64,000 nucleotides of DNA. It comes from a virus. The translations under genes and the position numbers were made by a program. This document shows positions 1-7,800 of the stretch, piece after piece. The stretch's first letter is position 1. Each line of letters begins with the position of its first letter. The notes under the pieces were generated by a model. That model was not told the DNA's origin, ran no database searches, and saw nothing but the letters and a program-made list of their open reading frames with translations. Location: IMG/VR virus record IMGVR_UViG_3300044971_004534; one strand, given 5' to 3'.

Positions 1-164
1 GGTCGATAGCATATTTCATAAAGGGTAAAGAAGGATATGATTTGATGTTTGTCGGAGATAGGCCGCTTGACTCCCGTGTAGATTGGAATCATTTCAGAGA
101 ACTTGTGGTTCTTGGTCAAAGGCTTGCAGATGAAAAGTGGCAGAATGAAGGAAACTACGAATGA
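1..164 (+). CDS. hypothetical protein, 5'-truncated at window edge (paralog of 4881..5186)
   Basis: Frame 3 open from window start to TGA 162-164; ...GKEGYDLMFVGDRPLDSRVDWNHFRELVVLGQRLADEKW aligns with C-terminus of 4881..5186 product; ATGA overlap with next start. Confidence 0.6.
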   Translation, partial: SIAYFIKGKEGYDLMFVGDRPLDSRVDWNHFRELVVLGQRLADEKWQNEGNYE

Positions 165-778
165 TTGAACCAACAGAAGGTGAAATTGTTGATGTTCTGA
201 ACAACTACCTCAACAGCGGTAACCGAGATACATTTCATCAGATTTTGATTGGTCGTGCCATTGCTGAGATCAAGCATCTCCGCATGCGTGTTGCCGATCT
301 CAAAAATGGATTTGAAGGTTCATGCACTGCATGTGAGCCTGTTGCTGAGATGAATAGAAAGTTGATGGAGGAGCGGGATGAAGCAAGGTGGGAAGTCTGT
401 GGTTTCCATCACCTGACTGGATTCCTTGCAGGAGATTACGCAATCTCCCGTGGTTGGAATTATTTCAATGATGAAAGAAAGTGGCCAAAGTTTCCACAAT
501 CGGTAACTGATTTCAAGCTGTTCCTTGAAGGTCAAGATAAGATTTTTCTTGAAAGTAATGATCGACTCCGCAAGGAACGGGACGAGGCGAGGCGGCTCCT
601 GAAGGCTGTCGTAGACATGATGCGCGACAACATGGCTCCCGATGCCACGCACCCGAAGCATGTGTGCGACTTCATTTACTGCCCCGAAATCGCTACATGC
701 ATGGTGTGCGAGAACTGGACTGACGCACTAGTGATGTGCTACCCCGATGATTTTCAGGACGAGGAGGAAACCAAATGA
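161..778 (+). CDS. ERDEAR/GW-motif family protein (two motif copies)
   Basis: ORF track; MEERDEARWEVC...AISRGWNYF and LRKERDEARRLL; ATGA junctions at both ends. Confidence 0.7.
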   Translation: MIEPTEGEIVDVLNNYLNSGNRDTFHQILIGRAIAEIKHLRMRVADLKNGFEGSCTACEPVAEMNRKLMEERDEARWEVCGFHHLTGFLAGDYAISRGWNYFNDERKWPKFPQSVTDFKLFLEGQDKIFLESNDRLRKERDEARRLLKAVVDMMRDNMAPDATHPKHVCDFIYCPEIATCMVCENWTDALVMCYPDDFQDEEETK

Positions 779-996
779 TTGAATACAAATGGAAAGAACT
801 AAAAGACAAGCGGCTACTGCTGACTGACAGGATCACAAGAATCAAACGCAGCGAATGGACGCTGCTTGAAATCTCTCCAAACAGCAAGGTGGGAAAGTTC
901 CGCAACGAACTTGCCGACACCTGTTTTTGGACTGACCTTGATGATCTCGTCGTGATGGATGTGCTTCACGACATGTACAAGGAGGAAACCAAGTGA
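775..996 (+). CDS. hypothetical protein
   Basis: ORF track; ATG in GGAGGAAACCAAATGA junction, stop overlaps next GTG. Confidence 0.6.
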   Translation: MIEYKWKELKDKRLLLTDRITRIKRSEWTLLEISPNSKVGKFRNELADTCFWTDLDDLVVMDVLHDMYKEETK

Positions 997-1229
997 ACGA
1001 ACACGATGCCATCGCAAGGATCAAGAGACTGTCTCACAGCATCAACTGTGCCGATGAGATCGCAGAAGTGATTGAGCGGCTAATCAAGGAGCGTGATGAG
1101 TTACGCTGCGAGGTTTGTGATTGGGTGGGCAACCACTTCAAGGAGCCACCGCAGGATGTAGCAAAGAGAAACGGCTGGGACTGCTTTGATACGGGTGTTT
1201 GGGATTGCTACAAGGAGAAAAGCAAGTGA
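993..1229 (+). CDS. ERDEAR/GWDCF family protein
   Basis: GTG start in GGAGGAAACCAAGTGA junction; IKERDELRCEVC...AKRNGWDCF. Confidence 0.7.
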   Translation: MNEHDAIARIKRLSHSINCADEIAEVIERLIKERDELRCEVCDWVGNHFKEPPQDVAKRNGWDCFDTGVWDCYKEKSK

Positions 1230-1597
1230 CCCCACACAATCTCAACATCTTGCTTGGACTTTCCACAGTCGGATTCGTCGTGGTGTCCCTGCTCTACATG
1301 ATTCACTTGCATGACACCAAGTGGAAACTCTTGAGCAAGGACAACAAGATTCGTCACCTTGAATCCGAGTTGCGCCACTACAGCAGTCTCTACTTTTCGG
1401 GATGCGCTTGCAAGAAGAGCCACGCACACACCGAGGAAGCGGAGAGCAAGCCCAATGAGAAGCACAGCAGCGGATGGTTCTCGTCCCTATTGAAAATGGG
1501 TATCTTGGCGGCGATTGCCTACCTTGCCTATTTCCTGTACAAGAAGTACAAGCAACGCTCAAAACCCGTTCCCGTCACAACAGAAGTAATCAACTGA
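1226..1597 (+). CDS. membrane protein
   Basis: GTG overlapping previous TGA (same frame as ORF-track 1199..1597); hydrophobic helices LLGLSTVGFVVVSLLYMI and GILAAIAYLAYFLY. Confidence 0.6.
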   Translation: MTPHNLNILLGLSTVGFVVVSLLYMIHLHDTKWKLLSKDNKIRHLESELRHYSSLYFSGCACKKSHAHTEEAESKPNEKHSSGWFSSLLKMGILAAIAYLAYFLYKKYKQRSKPVPVTTEVIN

Positions 1598-1617
1598 AAC
1601 ACAGAAAGGAGAAAGCC

Positions 1618-1719
1618 ATGAATAACTTTTGGAAGTACATCAAAGCCGCAGCCATCGTTGCTGGAGTGTCAATGGTGGCATACTACGGCTACAAAAAGAT
1701 CCGCAAGATGTTTGCTTGA
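1618..1719 (+). CDS. small membrane protein (33 aa)
   Basis: ATG after AAAGGAGAAAGCC; MNNFWKYIKAAAIVAGVSMVAYYGYKKIRKMFA; same frame as ORF-track 1474..1719. Confidence 0.45.
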   Translation: MNNFWKYIKAAAIVAGVSMVAYYGYKKIRKMFA

Positions 1720-1744
1720 CAGCACACCATTTACCTGCTATACT
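1716..1744 (+). promoter_or_regulatory. sigma70-type promoter TTGACA-N17-TATACT
   Basis: TTGACA 1716-1721, 17-nt spacer, TATACT 1739-1744, then AAGGAG and ATG 1766; near-identical twin at 2925. Confidence 0.65.
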
Positions 1745-1765
1745 CTAACAACAAGGAGACTGACA

Positions 1766-2047
1766 ATGACTAAGACTGCAACAAAGAACAAGACCAACAA
1801 GACCGTTACCACAAGTGCATCTGACCTCTACGACATCGCAAAGACGATGGAGGGTCTGTTCGCAAAGATTACTAAACTCAACAATAATGTCTCGTCACGC
1901 TCCATCAGCGGTCGTGATATTGAGAAGGCATGTGATGACATCTCAGAGGAGATGGGTGAGGCATTCGACACCCTGAAGACCATCCTCATTCAGAATGAAG
2001 TTGTCAGCGGACCTTCCTACCCCCTCACTCTGCCCAAGAAGATTTGA
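1766..2047 (+). CDS. hypothetical protein (MxKTATK N-terminus family)
   Basis: ATG 7 nt after AAGGAG, downstream of promoter; MTKTATKNKTNK...; in frame with ORF-track 1658..2047. Confidence 0.7.
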   Translation: MTKTATKNKTNKTVTTSASDLYDIAKTMEGLFAKITKLNNNVSSRSISGRDIEKACDDISEEMGEAFDTLKTILIQNEVVSGPSYPLTLPKKI

Positions 2048-2064
2048 TAACAAGGAGAACAACA

Positions 2065-2238
2065 ATGACTAACACCTGCGCCATGACACTCGCACAGAAG
2101 TCCGACCGCATCCTCGCGCAGACGCGAGGCTTGAGCGGAGCGACACCGAACGCCACGCAACTCATCGAAGAACTGCGGTGGGCGTTGGAGGAAAACATGA
2201 AGGAAGTGCAGCGGCTACGGAAGGAGGAAAGCAAGTGA
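2065..2238 (+). CDS. hypothetical protein
   Basis: ATG in CAAGGAGAACAACAATGACTAA junction (repeated at 3451); in frame with ORF-track 2044..2238. Confidence 0.6.
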   Translation: MTNTCAMTLAQKSDRILAQTRGLSGATPNATQLIEELRWALEENMKEVQRLRKEESK

Positions 2239-2357
2239 GCGACGATTTCGGAATCGGAGTGATTGTCGGCATCGTCCTGACGATGCTGTGTTGCCTCGCA
2301 GGGATCGGGATAAGCGTGCTGTTTCCAAGACGCCCGAAGAAGGAGGACGGCAAGTGA
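2235..2357 (+). CDS. small membrane protein (40 aa)
   Basis: GTGA overlaps at both ends, SD GGAAGGAGGAAAG upstream; VSDDFGIGVIVGIVLTMLCCLAGIGISVLFPRRPKKEDGK; too short for ORF track. Confidence 0.4.
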   Translation: MSDDFGIGVIVGIVLTMLCCLAGIGISVLFPRRPKKEDGK

Positions 2358-2599
2358 AGGACACAGACATCATTGCGGCGATTGCGCCCGATGCGGTATC
2401 GCTGATGGACAAGGCAATTGCGGAGATCAAGCGTCTGCGGCAGGAGAACGCAACCCTCACCGCCGAGCGAGATGAGGCACGACAGGAAGTGTGTTTTCTG
2501 TTGTCTCGTAATGTCACACAGGGATGTGACGGAGACACCCCAGAGTTTCATGCCACCGCCCGTGGGTGGTGCTACCTACTTGAGGAGGACGACGAATGA
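2354..2599 (+). CDS. ERDEAR family protein
   Basis: GTG after GAAGGAGGACGG, overlaps previous TGA; LTAERDEARQEVC...ATARGWCY; frame of ORF-track 2288..2599. Confidence 0.65.
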   Translation: MKDTDIIAAIAPDAVSLMDKAIAEIKRLRQENATLTAERDEARQEVCFLLSRNVTQGCDGDTPEFHATARGWCYLLEEDDE

Positions 2600-2928
2600 G
2601 CAACACCCAAACACCTCGCACCGACGCAGCAGAAACAAACTGGTGGAGTGAGGACGGTCTGCGGTCGGCGTTCATTGTTCGTGCAAATTTTGCCCGTGAA
2701 CTGGAGCGGGAGAACGCAATCCTCACCGCCGAGCGCGACGAGGCGAGGAGATATTCTTGCGATCTAGAAGCACGGATCATCGTGCTTGAGGAGGATCGTC
2801 GTGATACATCAAATAAATTTGGTACGAATCCCTGTTCAGAGATTATTCTGCCAGACTATCCTCTTGCAAGAGAGCCTAAAGAGATCGCAAAGCAAAAGGG
2901 CTGGGACTGCTTCAAAGATAACGCTTGA
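2596..2928 (+). CDS. ERDEAR/GWDCF family protein
   Basis: ORF track; ATGA overlap; LTAERDEARRYSC...AKQKGWDCFKDN. Confidence 0.7.
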   Translation: MSNTQTPRTDAAETNWWSEDGLRSAFIVRANFARELERENAILTAERDEARRYSCDLEARIIVLEEDRRDTSNKFGTNPCSEIILPDYPLAREPKEIAKQKGWDCFKDNA

Positions 2929-2953
2929 CAACACCCATAGACTGTACTATACT
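2925..2953 (+). promoter_or_regulatory. sigma70-type promoter TTGACA-N17-TATACT (twin of 1716)
   Basis: TTGACA 2925-2930 (overlaps stop of 2596..2928), 17-nt spacer, TATACT 2948-2953, AAGGAG, ATG 2975. Confidence 0.65.
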
Positions 2954-2974
2954 ATAACAACAAGGAGATTGACA

Positions 2975-3472
2975 ATGCCTAAGACTGCAACCAAGACCAA
3001 GAACATCACCGTTCATTCCGATGAGATCATTACCGCCTCATCTACCCGCCCCTCTCGCACCATCACCAACACCAACAACGATAGGAAGAACATGAGCATT
3101 GACAAGACCATCACCGTCACGGGCATCAAGTTTTGGAACTGGACGATCACGGCAAAGGTGATTGCAACCTTTGCGTACAATCCCAACACCAACACCTTCT
3201 CTCACACGCAGAACAGCATCGGAACCAACGATGGCGACATCTTTGGTCAGGGCAACGATTCGTCCGTTCCCAACATCTCGTTCAGCAACCATGTCAGCGT
3301 TGACGCTGTTCGTTGGGCAAAGATGAATGCCGATGCAGGAATGAACATCGGGCAGCAAGATGATTGGATTGATGCCATCTACACTTCTGCCGAGTTGAAC
3401 GCTGCTGTGACGGCAGAGTTGGAGTTGCTGAATACCGCTTCCACGATTGTCAAGGAGAACAACAATGACTAA
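2975..3472 (+). CDS. hypothetical protein (MxKTATK N-terminus family)
   Basis: ATG after AAGGAG downstream of promoter; MPKTATKTKNITV...; frame of ORF-track 2786..3472. Confidence 0.7.
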   Translation: MPKTATKTKNITVHSDEIITASSTRPSRTITNTNNDRKNMSIDKTITVTGIKFWNWTITAKVIATFAYNPNTNTFSHTQNSIGTNDGDIFGQGNDSSVPNISFSNHVSVDAVRWAKMNADAGMNIGQQDDWIDAIYTSAELNAAVTAELELLNTASTIVKENNND

Positions 3473-3830
3473 TCACAACAAGATCGCAGCAGATGAGTTT
3501 TGCAACAAGACGCACACTTCACCGATTGAGGCTTATGTCGCCAACAGAATCTATGAGTTGGAGACGCAGGTGAATCGGCTGAAGCAAGAGCGGGATGAAG
3601 CCCGTGCAGCCATTGAAATGCCTGCACAGAAGGCAAGCAAGTTCCGCAACCTGACTCAACAGGCCAACGATGTGCTTGACCTTGCCCGTGGCTATGACCC
3701 CAACTCCCTTGTAGGCAAGTTGGCTTCCCTTTTGGAGCAGACCACTTTCTACAAGGATCTCTACTACAACACGCTGACTCCTGCACAGCGTGAGAATCCG
3801 AATCTCGGTAGCATGGAGGACAGCAAGTGA
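3465..3830 (+). CDS. ERDEAR-motif protein
   Basis: ATG in CAAGGAGAACAACAATGACTAA junction; LKQERDEARAAIE; frame of ORF-track 3447..3830. Confidence 0.65.
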   Translation: MTNHNKIAADEFCNKTHTSPIEAYVANRIYELETQVNRLKQERDEARAAIEMPAQKASKFRNLTQQANDVLDLARGYDPNSLVGKLASLLEQTTFYKDLYYNTLTPAQRENPNLGSMEDSK

Positions 3831-4132
3831 GCAAGACCAAGAAGAAGACCAAGACCACCCGCATCACCAAGACGGAGCGTCTGTGTATTGCAGCAGAGAA
3901 GACCCGTCCAACGGGCATAACCGTTGCTGTGGGAAGACAGTACGAGGTGGAGATCGTCCCGATGTACGACCCCTTTACGCACAAGCGCATGACAGGGGTT
4001 CGTGCGGACCAGTGGGGCGACCCCGATGACACCGCCGCCCCCACCGTCTACATGGAAAGCCCGCATCAGTTGCGAATTCTTGCACAGGCTTTGAATCGGG
4101 CAGCAGATTGGATGGAGGAGGAGATCAAGTGA
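3827..4132 (+). CDS. hypothetical protein (Lys/Thr-rich N-terminus)
   Basis: ORF track; GTG in GGAGGACAGCAAGTGA junction. Confidence 0.6.
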   Translation: MSKTKKKTKTTRITKTERLCIAAEKTRPTGITVAVGRQYEVEIVPMYDPFTHKRMTGVRADQWGDPDDTAAPTVYMESPHQLRILAQALNRAADWMEEEIK

Positions 4133-4353
4133 GCGACATCACAGACATCGTTTCTCGCCTGCGTAGGACTGACGAGAACAGAGGAGTTGCAATCTGTTCA
4201 GAGGCAGCCGACACCATCGAACAACTCCGCAAAGAGCGTGACGAGGCGAGGCGGCTCTACTGCGTGATGCGCGATGGCGATGACGGTGCGAGTTGCGCGG
4301 ATTGGGCAAAGCGCAAGGGATGGGATTGCTTCAAGGAGAACACCAATGACTAA
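4129..4353 (+). CDS. ERDEAR/GWDCF family protein
   Basis: GTG in GGAGGAGGAGATCAAGTGA junction; LRKERDEARRLYC...AKRKGWDCFKEN; frame of ORF-track 4108..4353. Confidence 0.7.
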   Translation: MSDITDIVSRLRRTDENRGVAICSEAADTIEQLRKERDEARRLYCVMRDGDDGASCADWAKRKGWDCFKENTND

Positions 4354-4582
4354 AAATAAAACCATCAAGACTGATACCGAGACAATCACTAAGATTTCTG
4401 ACTTTGTTTGGGAACTCTCTACTGAGATGGATGCCATTAAGGATCAGATGGAGGTTTTGCAACTTCGTATGCTTTCTGTTCGCAAGATGCTACAGATAAT
4501 GGAAGACCCCAAGAACGGAACCGCACAAGACCATGCCACCCGACGCGGCTGGGACTGCTTCAAGGAAAACAACAATGATTGA
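4346..4582 (+). CDS. GWDCF-motif protein
   Basis: ATG after CAAGGAGAACACC; ...ATRRGWDCFKEN; frame of ORF-track 4274..4582. Confidence 0.65.
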   Translation: MTKNKTIKTDTETITKISDFVWELSTEMDAIKDQMEVLQLRMLSVRKMLQIMEDPKNGTAQDHATRRGWDCFKENNND

Positions 4583-4865
4583 CGACGACAAGAACGAAAC
4601 CATTACCTCTCTCCTACACACGATTGCTCTGATACGGGAAGCCGCAGGGGTCGGTGAGAAGCCCATGCTTTCGGAACTGCCCGATGTCATTCGGAAGTTG
4701 CGGAAGGAGCGTGACGAGGCGAGGCGTGAGTTGTGCAGGAATGAGGCAATCATCCGTTTGCAACGGCATCGTGTCCATAGAGACAGCGAAGATGTCGTGG
4801 GTCTGGCAAAGGAGATAGCGGTTGAGCGCGGATGGGACTGCTTCAAGGAGAACGCGGATGTTTGA
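4575..4865 (+). CDS. ERDEAR/GWDCF family protein
   Basis: ATG after CAAGGAAAACAAC; LRKERDEARRELC...AVERGWDCFKEN; frame of ORF-track 4533..4865. Confidence 0.7.
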   Translation: MIDDDKNETITSLLHTIALIREAAGVGEKPMLSELPDVIRKLRKERDEARRELCRNEAIIRLQRHRVHRDSEDVVGLAKEIAVERGWDCFKENADV

Positions 4866-4880
4866 AAGAGGAAACTACGA

Positions 4881-5186
4881 ATGAGCAATCTTTCAAAGCC
4901 TGTTAACACACGTTATTACAAGCCTCTAGAAAATCCAACTAGATACCCCCTTGAATTATGTTCGGATCACCACATCTGTCTTTGGTCAGAGGACGGAAAA
5001 TTTAAGTGGACGATAGCGTATTTCGTAAAGCATAAAGAAGGTTACGATTTGACGTTCATTGGAGATAGACCTCTTGACTCCCGCGTAAACTGGGATCATT
5101 TCAGAGAACTTGTAGTTATTGGTCAACAATTTGCAGATAAAGAGTGGGAAAACGAACACAAGGAAACTAAGAATGAACAATTATAA
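4881..5186 (+). CDS. hypothetical protein (paralog of truncated ORF 1..164)
   Basis: ORF track; start in AGGAAACTACGAATGA junction identical to 149-164. Confidence 0.65.
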   Translation: MSNLSKPVNTRYYKPLENPTRYPLELCSDHHICLWSEDGKFKWTIAYFVKHKEGYDLTFIGDRPLDSRVNWDHFRELVVIGQQFADKEWENEHKETKNEQL

Positions 5187-5367
5187 TAATTCAACGAGCA
5201 AGCAATTCAACTATGTTTTCATTTCAATTACTGTTTTGTTTTTGATGATGTTGGTCAATTGTGTTATTCTTTTTGGCATCATCAATATGTGTGATGGAAT
5301 GAATATGAGAATCAGTGAAATTGAGACACTAAACGGATTTGCAATTGATAAGGATCTTACGCAATGA
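5173..5367 (+). CDS. small membrane protein
   Basis: ATG in AGGAAACTAAGAATGA junction; FNYVFISITVLFLMMLVNCVILFGII helix; frame of ORF-track 5119..5367. Confidence 0.5.
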   Translation: MNNYNNSTSKQFNYVFISITVLFLMMLVNCVILFGIINMCDGMNMRISEIETLNGFAIDKDLTQ

Positions 5368-5543
5368 GTGACGATCAACCAAAGACCATTAAGGAAATGG
5401 TTACGGATGCACTGACAAGCGTTGTCACGGAGATGTGGCGGGAAGAAAACCCGTACCTAGATCCGCAGGATTATGCTTATGACTTTCAGCGATTCTGTGA
5501 GAGGAAGTTGTTTTGTGCCATGGGACTAAGAGGGAAGCAGTGA
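5364..5543 (+). CDS. hypothetical protein (59 aa)
   Basis: ATGA overlap at 5364, TGATG overlap at 5543; MSDDQPKTIKEMVTDALTSVV...; fills a gap left by the 60-aa ORF-track cutoff. Confidence 0.4.
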   Translation: MSDDQPKTIKEMVTDALTSVVTEMWREENPYLDPQDYAYDFQRFCERKLFCAMGLRGKQ

Positions 5544-6130
5544 TGGCATACAAACAGGCATGGCTCATTGGCTGCACCCATTTCGGTCACGATGCCATGT
5601 ATACGTTCAGGAGAAAAAACGGCGAGAAGGTTCGTCCATACCAAAACGCAGCGGAAGGCGATGAGGTGATGGTTGAGAACTGGAATCGTGTGGTAAAACC
5701 CGGTGACAAGGTGTACGTCCTTGGAGATGTCGCTTTCCGTCCTGAGCATCTTGCCGTGATGAATAGCCTGAACGGATCAAAGGTTCTCATCAAGGGAAAC
5801 CACGATGACTTGCAGATGTCTGTCTACGCGAAGTACTTCAGGGACATCCGTGCCACACATCAGTTGGAGAACGAAATACTTTCCCATATCCCGCTGCATC
5901 CGCAGTCTCTTTACAGGCACAAGACTGGCGGCTACTGGCTGAACATCCATGCACATCTTCATGCTGAAGCGGTGATGGAGGGAGATGAAGGATGCCCTGA
6001 TGACCTGATGCGACCGCACATGTCTGAAGATCCCAGGTATTTCTCCGTGTGTGTCGAGCGCATCGGCTACACTCCCATATCCATTGACGAGATCAGGAGC
6101 AGGCTTGACAGGACTGCGAAGGAATCATAA
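5543..6130 (+). CDS. calcineurin-like metallophosphoesterase
   Basis: CTHFGH, VLGDVAF, KGNHD, IPLHP, HAHLH motifs in MPP order; start moved to ATG 5543 within ORF-track 5513..6130. Confidence 0.8.
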   Translation: MAYKQAWLIGCTHFGHDAMYTFRRKNGEKVRPYQNAAEGDEVMVENWNRVVKPGDKVYVLGDVAFRPEHLAVMNSLNGSKVLIKGNHDDLQMSVYAKYFRDIRATHQLENEILSHIPLHPQSLYRHKTGGYWLNIHAHLHAEAVMEGDEGCPDDLMRPHMSEDPRYFSVCVERIGYTPISIDEIRSRLDRTAKES

Positions 6131-6131
6131 A

Positions 6132-6419
6132 ATGAACAGGCTGCAACGGATAGAAAAAGGCATCATCGACAGGATGGTTCCAGATGAGCAGTACGACTAC
6201 AATCAGATCATGTTCGCTGCTTCTGAGTACGTGTATGCTGGAGTCAATTCTGTTGAGGTGGATGAAGTTCTTCTTATCCTCATCAAGAGAGGAGTGATCA
6301 TGCCAGTGTCAAAGAAGGGCGGCAAATCTTCTCTTCGGCAAATACTCCATGACGAGTGCATGTTCGTTCTCAATCCGTTCGGAGAACTCCTTGAAAAGGC
6401 AAAAAGCTACAATGCGTGA
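6132..6419 (+). CDS. small wHTH-like protein (paralog set A)
   Basis: ATG 6132 in frame of ORF-track 6051..6419; C-terminus NPFGELLEKAKSYN shared with 6412 and 7048 products. Confidence 0.6.
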   Translation: MNRLQRIEKGIIDRMVPDEQYDYNQIMFAASEYVYAGVNSVEVDEVLLILIKRGVIMPVSKKGGKSSLRQILHDECMFVLNPFGELLEKAKSYNA

Positions 6420-6684
6420 AGGCAGCAAGAAACTCTGCGTTGTTGAAGAGGACATCTTGTCCAGCATCGTGTCTGCACGAAAGATTGAGTATCACGCCCT
6501 GTACAGGCGTGTGAAGAAAAAACACGGCAATTTCAACCTGAACGACTTCAGCGTTTATCTGTCGAATCTTTTGCGTGAGAACTACATCACGGAAGACAGG
6601 TTCAGGGACGCAATGGGAAGAGTGTCTTTTGTGGAAATTTCACCCACGCCGTTCTACGAATTGCTGAAAGCCGCCAAAAATTGA
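6412..6684 (+). CDS. small wHTH-like protein (paralog set A)
   Basis: ATG 6412 in frame of ORF-track 6349..6684; C-terminus TPFYELLKAAKN. Confidence 0.6.
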   Translation: MREGSKKLCVVEEDILSSIVSARKIEYHALYRRVKKKHGNFNLNDFSVYLSNLLRENYITEDRFRDAMGRVSFVEISPTPFYELLKAAKN

Positions 6685-6726
6685 AGTTTTCGTGGCGATA
6701 CGGCATATGTTCGGTTACTGGTTAGT

Positions 6727-6894
6727 ATGAGCCCTGAATTCGCCATGGTGTTGTCTTTTGTTGCCATTCCTGCCTTCATTGCGTTCCTTGGATACGCCAT
6801 GTACAACGAGGTCTGGCCTTTTGAGCCCAAAGTAAATTACCCCAAAAAGAATTTTGGAGCAAAGAACTATGTCTACCCCCAAAGAAAAGTCTGA
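6727..6894 (+). CDS. small membrane protein (55 aa)
   Basis: Hand-translated: MSPEFAMVLSFVAIPAFIAFLGYAMYNEV...; co-oriented with neighbours, preferred over antisense ORF 6715..7026. Confidence 0.35.
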   Translation: MSPEFAMVLSFVAIPAFIAFLGYAMYNEVWPFEPKVNYPKKNFGAKNYVYPQRKV

Positions 6895-7021
6895 ATACAT
6901 CACCGTTTCCGTTCCTGTCTCTGCGATCAAGTCTGTTGTCATTACTGCATTCACCGCTTGGGGCATCTGGATTCTGTACCTGATGGTGCAGATGATGGCA
7001 AGCATGCCCGTGAAAAAGTAA
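6869..7021 (+). CDS. small membrane protein (50 aa)
   Basis: Hand-translated: MSTPKEKSEYITVSVPVSAIKSVVITAFTAWGIWILYLMVQMMASMPVKK. Confidence 0.35.
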   Translation: MSTPKEKSEYITVSVPVSAIKSVVITAFTAWGIWILYLMVQMMASMPVKK

Positions 7022-7047
7022 TGCATCGTTCAGGAGGTGCGTGAGTA

Positions 7048-7344
7048 TTGAAGCGCTCCGTGAATCCATCCATAAAAGCGCTGGAAGAAAAGATACTTTT
7101 CTTCATCATGCACCATGACAGAACAAGGCCTGTTTCTTTTTTCGATATCTACACACACGCAGAAATTGAGTTCGGCGTTAACGCACTGGACCGCACCAAG
7201 AGGCACATGTTCTCTAACAGGGTGCATAATGCCGTGAACAGGCTTCAGCGCAAGGGTCGCATCTATACGGTGGGCGGAACTTTCACTCTTTTCATGGCGA
7301 ATCCTTTCAGCGAGATCATCGACATCGCCAAGAGCAAGAATTAA
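7048..7344 (+). CDS. small wHTH-like protein (paralog set A)
   Basis: ORF track (TTG start after AGGAGG); C-terminus NPFSEIIDIAKSKN. Confidence 0.6.
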   Translation: MKRSVNPSIKALEEKILFFIMHHDRTRPVSFFDIYTHAEIEFGVNALDRTKRHMFSNRVHNAVNRLQRKGRIYTVGGTFTLFMANPFSEIIDIAKSKN

Positions 7345-7349
7345 CTTAC

Positions 7350-7769
7350 ATGTTTATTCTTCCAGGGACAAAGCTTCGTGTGACCGTCTACCGAAACCTG
7401 CAAAAGCAGTGTTGGTCTGTAAAAGATAGGTACACGGGAAGAGTCATTGCCCATCTGCCTTCTCTTTGTCTTGAAGGTGAAGGGGGCTGCGTTTTCAAGG
7501 TGTCACAGTCAGGGCGCGAGCGCGTTCTTCGTGAGCGGGTAAAGAATGTCCATGCGGGAGTGTGGAGTGAGTGGACGGCAACCGATCACCCTTGGCAGTA
7601 CACGCCACTGAAAAAGGCAGTCAAAGTGTCTTACAATCCGTACAGAGCGCCCCACTTCGTCACTGTCCACAACAAGCCTGTCTTGAGTGCAAAAAGAGTG
7701 GAATTTCGTCCAGACGGGACAGCGTGGGCAGAAGATGTAATCTATGGGAAAGTAGCGTACATTCCTTGA
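7350..7769 (+). CDS. hypothetical protein
   Basis: ORF track, ATG start. Confidence 0.65.
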   Translation: MFILPGTKLRVTVYRNLQKQCWSVKDRYTGRVIAHLPSLCLEGEGGCVFKVSQSGRERVLRERVKNVHAGVWSEWTATDHPWQYTPLKKAVKVSYNPYRAPHFVTVHNKPVLSAKRVEFRPDGTAWAEDVIYGKVAYIP

Positions 7770-7794
7770 CGCGGGGACGCAGGGGGTGTACAAT
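7766..7794 (+). promoter_or_regulatory. sigma70-type promoter TTGACG-N17-TACAAT, probably leaderless
   Basis: TTGACG 7766-7771, 17-nt spacer, TACAAT 7789-7794; ATG 7801 lies 7 nt after the -10 with no SD. Confidence 0.5.
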
Positions 7795-7800
7795 CGTGTC

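Noticed and set aside
6715-7069. Minus-strand ORFs 6715..7026 and 6776..7069
   Set aside because: All neighbours are on the + strand, and the + strand offers two small hydrophobic ORFs with sensible membrane-helix composition. Confidence is still low either way.
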